Below, in pieces: positions 27,686 through 39,235 of a DNA stretch of 64,000 nucleotides. Every line of letters begins with the position of its first letter. Position 1 is the stretch's first letter. A program made the translations under genes and the position numbers. The notes under the pieces are model-generated. The model did no database searches. It saw only the letters and a list, made by a program, of their open reading frames with translations, and was not told the DNA's origin. Source of the stretch: Squalus acanthias (Eukaryota); NCBI GenBank assembly GCA_030390025.1, contig CM059449.1, positions 33,728,001 through 33,792,000 on the forward strand, read 5' to 3'.

Positions 27686-28290
27686 GGGCCAAAAATTCGG
27701 ATCTTCACGGGTGAGTATGCGTTGTGTACTTAGGGAACTTCGGTTTTTTTTCAGGTTTCTCCGTGAGGGTAAGTACTGAGAAGCTGTGCAGGAAAAAAAG
27801 GAGGCGCAAGGCCTGCTTTTAACAAGGTAAGTGGTGAATTAAGTACAATTTACACATTTTTTCAACAGGTTTATCTTTTTTACACACTTTAAAGAAAGGT
27901 AAGTTTATTTTTAGCACCGTTAAAAACTGTAATAAATTTTTCCAAAATTTACATTTTTGTTTAAAGTTGTTTATGTAATTTATAGTTATTTTAAAAATGT
28001 GATGTTTTTTTTTATTTATTTGAAGTTTTAGTGAGGTTTTTGGGCCGATCTCTATTCAGAGATTTGACAGGTCTTCCTGTCAAAATCTATGAATGAAGAT
28101 TCCCTGCTGCGATTGGCTCTCCATGGCCCACGTGATACAAGGGGACGCTTCGAACTAACTGCGCCCCTGGGATACGCAAGCACTGCGCGCCAGCAGCTGC
28201 AGGAGGCCCAGGAGCCGAATTTCTGACCCGTTAGTTTTCTGGAAGTATTAACAGACCTTGCGCAGAGGTAAAAGAGGGATTAACGGTTAA
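27686..28290. mobile_element. Non-autonomous DNA transposon (Harbinger-like MITE), related to 37260-37853
   Basis: GGGCC-AAAATT terminus, and an AT-rich core (aggtaagtttattttt...ctgggatacgcaag) shared with 37430-37740. Confidence 0.55.
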
Positions 28291-29779
28291 TTGGGCAGTT
28301 TGACCATTCGAATGTCATGTGAGTAAACACTCTAAAACACTTAGCTGTACAAGATCGTGAAATTTCATTAACAGATTTCCATTGTTCTCATGGCAGTGAT
28401 GACGTTAACTGTGCAGACCTCTCAGTCTGTGGAAAAAAAAAACAACATATAATTTTTATGGGGTTTTATTGGTCTTTGTCCACGACCTTATTTGGAAATT
28501 CACGAAGCAGAAACGTAACTAGTTGTGTTTTGAAGAGGACTGTCTCTTTAGAATGTTAATAGACATGGATTAACAATCGGTGGATTTAATGTCTCTGTTT
28601 GGAGAGCAATTAAACTATCTTTTATTGGAAGGAGCCAATATATATATAGATATTAAAACAATGCATCACAAACTGTGAAGTCTGTCGACCTCCCTCTTTG
28701 TTGAATTGAAGTGATTCATTGAACACATCACGTCTAAGGATTTCATGTCTTTAGTTCTGACTGTAGATCTGAAGTGCTGGACACAAACGACAGAGCGATT
28801 AATGATTGGTCCAGAGCAGAAGCGGAAATTATATCTGTTCTGACCTTTATTTTAACTGTAGGGCGGGAGAGTGAGTGGCCCGCGTGTTTGGGAGAATCAG
28901 TGCGCAGGCTCCGCCGATTTTAACGGCCGGTAATAATTAGTCCGCCGCCTGCTATGTTTCCTCCCGAAAACTGCCGGGAAGTCGGTGGCAAGCTGCTGCC
29001 AGGCCGGTAAAACCAACGTGGCAGAAGGGTGCAGCTTGGGATCTTTGAGGAACCGCATCCTAGACAAGGTAAGTGGATGGACGGAAAACGTGGTCAGGGA
29101 AGGGAGGAGCCCAAGGGAGGGGATTCCAAGGATTCCTTGTGCGATTCAGAGGTGAATTCCTGCTCCTGCTGATCCACAGGTAACAGTAACTTTCAGATGG
29201 CTGCATAGCCTGCGGTACCGATTATAACAATCTCCTACAGCAAAGAGACCTGTTGCATGGTACACAATGATGCAAACACCCCAGTGATTCCGAAGAGGTC
29301 CTAGAGGATGCCCCAAGAAATCAGGGTGTGCAGACTGATGTCACATAGCCAGAATAGAAGTAGGAGTTTGGTGAACAAGCCTGGGAGCCTGGTCATGCAA
29401 AGAGGCGACAACAGCTGATTAGGAACAACTGCACCTGGATAATTTCCAAACCCTAAGCATTGGGGATTAGGGTGGATAGCTCTTTGTCGGCCAGCACGGT
29501 AAAGTTGGGCCGAATTGCCTCCTTCTGAGCTGTAAATTTTATGATACTATGCTTCAATGATGATTAACAGTCCTAGAACTATAGTGACACCCGTGACAAA
29601 CGTTTGATCTGAATTACATTCTCACTGGTGACTCTGTGGCACCAGCACCATGTCAAAAGCCCATGTTATTTCTCCCTGACAAGACCAATCTTACTAATCA
29701 GTCACAACAAATCATTGCAGTGGTAAACGTTAGCATTCAACTTCCGTCCTTCTATGGTTCACAACAACAAATTTCGCAT

Positions 29780-30542
29780 AGCCAAGAGACAGTTAATGGT
29801 AGAATATACGGAACAGATTTTATTGAGATACAGCACAGCGATTGGCCTATCTGTATACAGAGAGAGCAGCTTTTCGGTTTCTGTATCTTTCGAGCTCTCC
29901 GAAGAACTACTGAAGATCGTGCTCCTTTATACACCATATTTTTCCTGTGTCACGTGTGTATGTCATAGATAAGACCTCATGCTCTTTCTATTCTCAAATG
30001 CTTTAAAGATAGTCTATTCATTTAAACATTTCTAGTTGCTTGTTCACAAGCTATTTCCCTCAAACAAGGCTTCCTGACGTAACTGTTCTTAATCTTGCTG
30101 AAGAACAGGCTTTATTAACTGTTATTTTTCTAAACTAGAGCTAATGGATACCTCTGCCTATATTTATTACCGTAGCCCCTAAAGTGACGCTTTAATCGCT
30201 CATGCCTAACGTCATTACTGTCACTTATTTCCTAACACAAACACTTCACGTCACAGAAGAGAAACTCTGCATTCCTCACACGATACTTCAAAGCCATCCT
30301 GTTTATCTCGGAAGAACTGTTGCTCCAAGATACAAAGAAGTTCGACTAATAACCCTTAACTCCCCAAGATATCCAACATGTAACTCTCCAGGATTTCCAA
30401 CGTTTCCAACACTTATTATTTCTGATAATGCATGCTCATATAGTGAGGTTGACTGTATAATGCTGGTTCACGGTGCTGTACTTAGTTTTAAACTGTCACA
30501 CACGATTCATGATTTCCAAAGGTAGATGTTCCATTTTCAACA
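29780..30542 (-). mobile_element. Possible solo LTR
   Basis: Minus strand starts TGTTGA and has TATAAA (about 29930) then AATAAA (about 29820) in LTR order. No TSD found. Confidence 0.3.
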
Positions 30543-30557
30543 CCGGAATTACATAAT

Positions 30558-33500
30558 TTCATACAGAAACATAGAAACATAAAAGATAGGAGCAGGAGTA
30601 GGCCATTCGGCCCCTCGAGCCTGCTCCGCCATTCAATGCGATCATGGCTGATCATCCAAATTCAGTACACTGTCCCTGCTTTCTCCCCATATTCCTTGAT
30701 CACCTTAGCCTTAAGAAATATATCTAACTCCTCTTGAATATATTTAATGAATTGGACTCAACTGTCTTCTGTGGAAGAGAATTCCACACGTTCACCACTC
30801 TCTGGGTGAAGACATTCCTCCTCATCGCAGTCCAACATGGCTTAGCCCTTATCCTTAGGCTGTGACCCCTGTTTCTGGACTCCCCCACCATCGGGAACAT
30901 CCTTCCTGCATCTAGTCTGTCTAGTCCTGGTAGAATTGTATAAGTTTCAATGAGATCCCCTCTCATTCTTCTAAACTCTAGCGAATATAAGCCTAATCGA
31001 CCCAATCTCTCTTCATACTTCATTCCTGCCATCCCAGGTATCAGTCTGGTGAATCTTCGCTGCACTCTCTCCATGGCAAAAACATCCTTCCTCAGATTAG
31101 GCGACCAAAACTGCACACAATACTCAAGGTGTGATCTTAGCAAGGCCCTGTAGAACTGTAGCAAGACATCCTTGCTCTTGTACTCGAATCCTCTCGCTAT
31201 GAAGGCCAACATACCATTTGCCATCTTAACCGCCTGCTGCACCTGCATGATTACCTTCAGCGAATGGTGCACAAGGACACCCAGGTCTCGTTGCACTTCC
31301 CCTTTTCCCAATCTATTGCCGTTCAGATAATAATCTGCCTTCCTGTTTTTGGCACCAATGTGGATAACCTCGCATTTATCCACATTATACTGCATCTGCC
31401 ATGCATCTGCCCAATCACCCAACCTATCCAAATCATACTGGAGTTTATCTGCATCCTCCTCACAGCACACACGCCCACCTAGCTTTGTGTCATCTGCAAA
31501 CTTGGAGATAATACATCAAGTTCCCTCGTCTAGATCCTTAATATATATTGTGAATAACTGGGGTCCTAGCACCGATCCCTGCGATACCCCACTAGTCACT
31601 GCCTGCCAGTCGGAAAAAGACCCGTTTATTCCAACTCTTTGCTTCCTGTCTGCCAACCAGTTCTCTATCCAAGACAATACCTTACCCCCAATCCCGTGTG
31701 CTTTAACTTTGCACGCTTTTCTCTTATGCGGGACGTTATCAAAAGCCTTCTGAAATTCCAAATACACCACATCCACTGGTTCTCCCTTATCTATTCTACC
31801 AGTTACATCCTCAAAAAATTCCAGCAGATTAGTCAAGCATGATTTACCTTTTGTACATCCATGTTGACTTTGTCCGATCCTGTCACTGTTTTCCAAGTGC
31901 TCTGCTATTACATCTTTTATAATGGACTCTAGCATTTTCCGCACTGCCGATGTCCGGCTTACCGGTCTATAAATCCCGATTTCCTCACTAACACCTTTTT
32001 TAAATAGTGGGGTTACATTAGCTACCCTCCAATCCATGGGAACTGTTCCAAAGTCTATAGAATTTTGGAAGATGACCAGCAATGCATCTACTATTTCAAG
32101 GCCCATTCCTTAAGTACCCTAGGATGTAGATTATCAGGCCCTGGGGATTTACCGGCCTTCAATCCCGTCAATTTCCCTAACACAATTTCCCTACAAACAC
32201 TGATTTCATTCAATTCCTCACTGTCATTCGCCCCTATGTTCCCGGACATCTCAGGGAGGTTATTTGTGTCCTCCTTTGTGAAGACAGAACGAAAGTATGT
32301 ATTTAATTGGTCAGCCATTTCTTTGTTCCCCATTATAAATTCCCCTGATTCTGACTGCAAGGGACGTACGCTTGACTTCACAAATCTTTTTCTCTTCACA
32401 TATCTATAGAAGCTTTTACAGTCAGTTTTTATATTCCCTTAAAGCTTACTCTCATACTCTATTTCCCCCCTCTTAATTAATCCCGTTGTTCTCCTTTGCT
32501 GAATCCTAAACTGCTCCCAATCCCCAGGTTTGCTGATTTTTCTGGCCAATTGAGATGCCCTCTCCTTGGATCTTATGCTATCCCTAATTTCCCTTGTTAG
32601 CCACGGTTGATTCACCCTTTTTGTTTTATTTTTATGCCAAACAGTGATGAACAAATTATATAGTTCTTCCATGCAATCTTTAAATGTTTGTCATTGCCTA
32701 TCCACCGTCAACGCTTTAAGTAACGTTCCCCAATCCATCCTAACCAACTCACGCCTCATAACATCGCAGTTTCCTTTATTTAAATTCAGGACCCTCGTCT
32801 AGGAGTCAACTACTTTAATCTCCATCTTAATGAAGAATTCTATCATATTATGATTGTTCCTCCCCAAGGGGCCTCGAACAACAAGATTGCTAATTAATCC
32901 TTTCTCATTACATAATACCCAGTCTAAGATGGCCTGATCTCTAGTTGGTTCCTCGACATATTGGTCCAAGAAACCAGCCCGTATACACTCTAGGAATTCC
33001 TCCTCCACAGTATTGTTACTAATTTGGTTAGCCCAATCTATATGTAGATTAAAGTCACCTAAGATAACTGCTGTGCCCTTACTGCACGCATCTCTAATTT
33101 CCCGTTTAATGCCATCCCCAACCTCAGCATTACTGTTTGGGGGTCTGTATACAAATCCCACTAACGTTTTCTGCCCCTTGGAATTTCTCAGCTCTACCCA
33201 TACAGATTCCACATCATCAGAGCTAATATCCTTCCTTACTATTGTGTTAATCTCCTCTTTAACCAGCAGTGCTACCCCACCTCCTTTTCCTTTTTGTCTG
33301 TCCTTCCTGAATATTGAATGCCCCTGGATGTTGAATTCCCAGCCTAGGTCATCCTGGAGCCATGTCTCCGTAATCCCAATTATATCATATCCGTTTACAT
33401 CTATTTGCGCAGCTAATTCATCCACCTTATTACGAATGCTCCTCGCATTAAGACACAAAGCTTTCAGGCTTGTTTTTTTAAAACTTTTATTCCTTTTAGA

Positions 33501-34045
33501 ATTATTATTTACTGTGGCCCTGTTTGATTTACACCCTTGATTTCTCTGCCTTCCACTTTTGCTTTTCTCCTTCCTGTCTTTTGCTTCTATCCTTGCTTCC
33601 CTTTCCTCTGTTTCCCTGCACAGTTTCCCAAACCCCTGCCATTTTAGTTTAAACCCGCCCCAACACCACTAGCAAACGCTCCCCCTAGGACATCGGTCCC
33701 GGTCCTGCCCAGGTGCAAACCGTCCAGTTTGTACTGGTCCCGCCTCCCCCAGAACCGGTTCCAATGCCACAGGAATTTGAATCGCTCCCCCTTTCACCAT
33801 TCCTCTAGCCACATATTCATCTGAAATATCCTTCTATTGCTACTCTGACTAGCACGTGGCACCGGTAGCAATCCTGAGATTACCACCTTTGAGGTCCTAT
33901 TTTTTAATTTACCTCCTAACTCCCTATATTCAGCTTTTAGGACCTCATCCCGTTTTGTAGCTATATCGTTGGTACCTATATGCACCTCGACAACTGGTTG
34001 TTCACCCTCCCCCTCCAGAATGCCCTGCAGCCGCTCTGAGATCTG
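30558..34045 (-). mobile_element. CR1 LINE, ORF1 end plus most of ORF2, moderately young
   Basis: Long ORF segments 32799-33458 (APE), 31516-32106 and 30724-31470 (RT and C-term), with a (TTTCTATG)-like tail. Confidence 0.95.
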
Positions 34046-34049
34046 ACCA

Positions 34050-35792
34050 AGTGCCATAATAACATAATTAATTGCCTGTCTGAAAGAGGCAAGAAAGTCA
34101 ACTTTCTTCCCATGAAGTGTACACATCTCTTACCTCAACCCTTCAACCTGTTGCATCTGAGCATCTATGTCATTCCGTTGCGTTGAACGTCTTGCTGCTT
34201 CTCCCACCTGCTTTGCTGTATCAGGTTGGTGTCTGGCTGTCGAACAACAGTCATCTGTGCTTGGCACAGAGCTATAGCGGCCAGGAGATGGAAAGGTGCT
34301 CTGCAGCCACCCAGGGTACATACCCTACCCTTCCACTAGCTGACGCAGCACAAATTCCTTCTCCTCCACCACCTCATTTACTGCCCCCACTGCATCTGTA
34401 ACCCGTTCTCCAATGCCCTCTGCATCCGCAGACTCAACGCACTGTTCATCCCGTGTGTGAGAAGGAAGCTGTCCACCTGTGGGAAGGAAACAATAAACAT
34501 TTACAAAGGTGAAGCACGATCTGCCACATCACAGAAGCTGATATTCAACACACACCAGCAGTTTTAAACATACAGTCGGACAGACCAGCTCACCTTTCCT
34601 TACCCCAATGTCTGATTGGGCACCAGGCACTGAACTGCCACGACTGATTCCAAGCAATTGCATGATCATTTCCTCTTGCTCCTATAACTCCCTCAGAGTG
34701 ACAACACCATTGCGTGTCAGGGCACGCCCTCTGGCGTTGTTAACAATTTTACTCTAAAATGTAAACAGAATAAAATGGAAACTTCAGTTTTTCCTGCACC
34801 GACCACCCACTTGCCTTTGAGACAGGACCACATGCTGCTTTGGAGACAGGGATTTTTTCACTATTTGAAATTTCAGAACTCAAAACTGTAGAGTAAAGAA
34901 TGAATGACCAGGAGCTAACCCCAAATCCATAAAATGTTATGACAAGCTCAGATGCCTGGATAATGAAGTCACTTTAGAACACCCGTGCATATAAGATATT
35001 TTTTCAAAATAGTTCAGTTAAATTTAAACAAGTATTGCAATTGACATTTCTAATAACTCTACAAACCTTGGCAGATCGCATCAAATCATTATTTTTTTTG
35101 CTGCATTCTTCCGCTGTCCGTGGAATGGACAGCCTGACAGCCGCTGACAGCCTGGGCAACTTCTGTCCAAGCTGTCATCTGTCCTTTGCACGGCGCTCTG
35201 GAGTTCTCATTCCGAATGTTTCGCCTCAACCTCATTGAGGAGTGTGCTGAATTCATCATCAGTGATATTCTGAGCTCTCTTGATCCTGCGAATTGTGCTT
35301 GGTCCTTCCATTTCAATTTCCTGATTAATTAAAATTAAAGAAAATGTTTTCAGGGCATTTCAAACTCTTTAAATTGCTTGAATTCTGTTTAAAACTATTT
35401 AAAACTATATAAGATTCTTCAAATCCATGTAAAAGTCTTTAAAAGTTTTTAAAGTTTACAAAAGTTTTTGAAAAACTATAAAGAAAGAACTTACCATTGA
35501 GATTCACAGCTGCTTTCAGTGTTGATCGCCTCTGAAGAGTTAAAGAATTCGGGGGCGTGGCCTATGTAAATATAAATATGGATAACTCTTGTGGGCGGGT
35601 CTCCCCTCCGATCGAAACCCGAGGCTGCGCGCACGCTGCGCTCCTGGGCAGCGTGACGTCATACGCTGCCCAGGATTCCTCCTCCAGAAAGCGAAAATCT
35701 CCGTGGGCGCAGTGACTTCAGGTCGGTGCGAATCTATTTTGCTGATCGGGGGTTTCCGTCCGCGGGAAGCCTCCGAGCGGAAAATACGGACC
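34050..35792 (-). mobile_element. PIF/Harbinger transposon relic with spliced Myb/SANT-like gene remnants
   Basis: MEGPSTIRRIKRAQNITDDEFSTLLNEVEAK...AWTEVAQAVS...ECSKKNNDLMRSAK|gt (35312-35070). Next exon SKIVNNARGRALTRNG...EEMIMQLLG (about 34753-34594). Terminus near 35792. Confidence 0.75.
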
Positions 35793-36174
35793 AGACTGTA
35801 CAAACACTCGCACCCGCTGCACAAGGGTGCTTCCGCCCCAGGACCCGCAGTGACCCCACCATGAACTGTCTCCATAAATCCATTTGCTCTTTGCTCTCCA
35901 ACCCCGAGGAGCAAAGAACAGCTAGAGGTGCGTGTCAGGACAGCAGTAATATCAGCAACACGAGCTTTACACATTGTAGAGCATTTTCTGCAATATTAAA
36001 ATGCATTGCATTTTTATAAATCTCGGACGTACTGTTCCTCAACAATCTGTATAAACCTAATTATAAATTAGTGGCAGATTTCCTCTCTGCATTGTGCACA
36101 ATGATATCCCAATCCACTCTTAAGTGCGGCTTTACCATTTCATTAGGGTGAATTTTCCTCTCAGTTGGTCAATT

Positions 36175-36810
36175 ATCTATTTCAATACAGATAAAAATGA
36201 GGTGATACATTTTGGTAGGAGGAATAAGGAGGGCACATACTCCTTGGAAAATAAGTGTCTAACTGGGGTAGAGCAGCAAAGTGATCTAGGAATACACGCA
36301 CACAAATTATTAAATGCAGCAACACTGTTTAATAAGACCATAAAATGCAAACAAAGCACTGGGGTTAATTTCTAGATAAATACCATTCAACTGCAGGGAA
36401 GTTATGTTAAACTTTTATTGAACCTTGCTTAGACCACATTTAGAGTATTGTGCACAATTCTGGTCGGCATATTATAAAAAAATGATATAGATGCTTTGGA
36501 GAAAAAACTGTTTACAAGGATGTCACTTGACTGAGAGGTTATAACTATCAGGAAAAAATGAACAGGCTGGGGGTCTATTCTCTAGAAATCTTTCAGATTA
36601 TGAAGGAGTTCGATAGAGTAGACTTAGAGAAGATGTTTCTACTTGTGGGGAGTCCAAATCTAGGCTGCACAAGAGAAAGGAATAGAAGGATATGTTGATA
36701 GGGTGAGATGAAGCAAATAGAGTGGGAGGAGGCTGGTGTGGAGCATAAACACTGGCAGGGGCCAGATGGGCCGAATGGCCTGTTTCTGTGCTGTAAACAC
36801 GATGTAATGC
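36175..36810 (+). mobile_element. CR1 3' fragment
   Basis: EVIHFGRRN and LRPHLEYC motifs, with a gggccgaatggcct tail. Confidence 0.85.
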
Positions 36811-36974
36811 ACCACGTGAAATAAAGTGTTCGGTGTTGTAGTTCGTGACGGGCCCAAAGCGTACTTTATATAATCCAAGAAACCTAACTATCAGCTAATT
36901 TTTCATTTTCATGAATTTATTTTCTTATTGCTAACCAGAATGATTTCAAATAAACAACAACTTTATATCTCCAG

Positions 36975-37259
36975 GTCTGTTTCTCACTATCACCGATTTG
37001 AAATGTACGGTTTCGAGAATGTTTCTATTGTTTTGGGGTGGGGATGAACTATTTGTTCTCTCCTATACCGGAGGCAGTGACTCACGGTGGAGTGCACAGG
37101 AACTAACTGACATCGGACAGAACACCTTTCAGTCTGAGTTTCATGGGGGAGCCCAGACACTGAGTCTTGGTTTGCTGGTAAAGTTCCTCTCCCGCACAGG
37201 GGTCGCACTGGCCATTTATGATGCGACTGGAAGGACTCTTCATACTTGTATTGAACAAG
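36975..37259 (+). pseudogene. Possible highly divergent MHC alpha2-like exon relic
   Basis: Acceptor tctccag| followed by 95 stop-free codons in phase 1: GLFLTITDLKC...FWGGDELFVL...RWSA...KFLSRTGVALAIYDATGRTL. Spacing resembles G91..C101, YDGxDF, WTA and [21 protein letters not shown]. No GT donor is present; a repeat starts there. Confidence 0.3.
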
Positions 37260-37853
37260 GAATTCCGTCCTTACTTCCTGGCCTCGCACGGTGCCCAGAC
37301 CGGCAAGTTTAAGGATTAAAACACAGGCGGGGGCGGGAGTAGGGGGAAACGTGTTAGATATACCTGTGGATCTTTGAGTTTTCCCGCGAATGAAGTACCC
37401 CTTTAAATAATTATATCTTTTTTATAGACTTTAAAGACAGGTAAGTTTATTTTTATAACTTTTTAAAAGATTTTAAATTTTTTCAAAAATTTAATTTTTT
37501 ATTTAAAATGGTTAATTTAATTAACTATACTTATTTTATTAATGTGATGGGGTTTTTTTTAATTTAATTGAGGTTTAGCTGTTATTTTGGGGGGGTGTAA
37601 GATTCATAAGTCTCTCAGCCATGCTGTGAGACTTATGAATGGAAGATGGTGTGCTGCCATTGGCTCTAACTGAGTCACGTGATCCCACAGCTCGCACGAA
37701 TTAACTACGCCGCTGGGATACGCAAGCCCAGCACAGCTGATGTCTGGAACATCAATTTCGTGCGAGCTGGATCAGAAAAAGCATAAGCGAGGTGAGACAT
37801 CGCGGGAAAGGCTTACCCCCGCGGGAACAGAGCGAGATCAATTTCTGGGCCAA
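37260..37853. mobile_element. Non-autonomous DNA transposon (Harbinger-like MITE)
   Basis: Ends AATTTCTGGGCC; core homologous to 27890-28200. Confidence 0.55.
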
Positions 37854-37974
37854 TATTAAATCCACCTTCCGTAATTGGTACAACGCAGCCAAGTTAACAA
37901 CAAACTTTAATAATGACAAATTTCCCATAAAATCGGCGTTCAAACATTGATATAAGTCAGGGGTTATATAAACC

Positions 37975-39235
37975 GAACAAAATTATTAGAGTTTTTTGAG
38001 GATGTAACTAGCAGGGTAGATAAAGGGGAACCAGTGGATGTAGTATATTTGAATTTCCAGAAGGCATTCGATAAGGTGCCACATAAAAGATTATTACACC
38101 AGATTAGGGCTCATGGGGTTGGGGGTAATATAGTAACATGGATAGAGGATTGGTTAACAGACAGAGAACAGAGAATAGAGATAAACAGATCTTTTTTCAA
38201 GTTGGCAGGCTGGAACTAGTGGGGTGCCGCAGGGATCAGTGTTGGGGCCTCAGCTATTTACAATCTATATTAATGACGTAGATGAACAGACTGAGTGTAA
38301 TGTATCCAAGTTTGCTGATGGTACAAAGCTAGGTGGGACAGTAAGCTATGAGGAGAATACAAAGTGTCTGCAAAGGCACATAGATAGACTAAGTGAGTGG
38401 GCAGTAAGGTGGCAGATGGAGTATAATGTACGGAAATGTGAGGTAGGAAGAATAGAAAAACAGAATACTTTTTAAATGGTGAGAAACTTTCATATATTGA
38501 TGTTCAGAGAGATTTGGGTGTTCTCGTGCAAGAAACACAGAAAGCTATCATGTAGGTACAGCAAGCAATAAGGAAGGCAAATGGCATGTTGTACTTTATT
38601 GCAAGGGGGTTGGAGTTTAAGAGTAAGGAAGTCTTGCTACAATTGTACAGGGCATGGTGAGACCACACCTCGAGTACTATGCACAGTTTTGGTCTCCTTA
38701 TCTAAGGAAGGATATACTTGCCTTGGAGGCGGTGCAACGAATGTTCACTAGATTGATTCCTGGATTGAGAGGGCTGTCCTATGACGAGAGATTTTTTCGA
38801 ATGGGCCTATACTCTCGGTAGTTTAGAAGAGTGAGAGGTCATCTCATTGGAACATTCAAGATTCTGAATGGGATTGACAGGGTAGATTGAGAGGTTGTTT
38901 CCCTGGCTGGAGTGTCTAGAACTAGGGGGCATAGTCTCAGGATAAGGGGTCGGCCATTTAAGACTGAGATGAGGAAGAATTTCTTCACTCAGAGGGTTGT
39001 GAATCTTTGGAATTCTTTGCCCCAGAGGGATGTGGATGCTGAGTCTTTGAGTCTATTCAAGGCTGAGCTAGATAGATCTTTTGGGCTTTAGGTGAATCAA
39101 GGGATATGGAGATCGGCCGGAAAGTGGAGCTGAGGTCGGTGATCAGCCATGTACTTAGTGAACGGTGGAGCAGGCTCGGGGCGGGGGGGGGGGAGGGGGG
39201 ATATGTCCTACTTCTGCTCTTATGTTATTATGTTT
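37975..39235 (+). mobile_element. CR1 RT and 3' fragment
   Basis: [27 protein letters not shown] and FADG motifs. Confidence 0.92.

Larger units (their letters stand above)
22885..29725. repeat. Segmental duplication copy 2 of the GPR139-like flank
   Basis: Counterpart of the blocks in 50-10480, sharing even a CR1 3' fragment at the same position (4080 and 25320). Confidence 0.85.
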
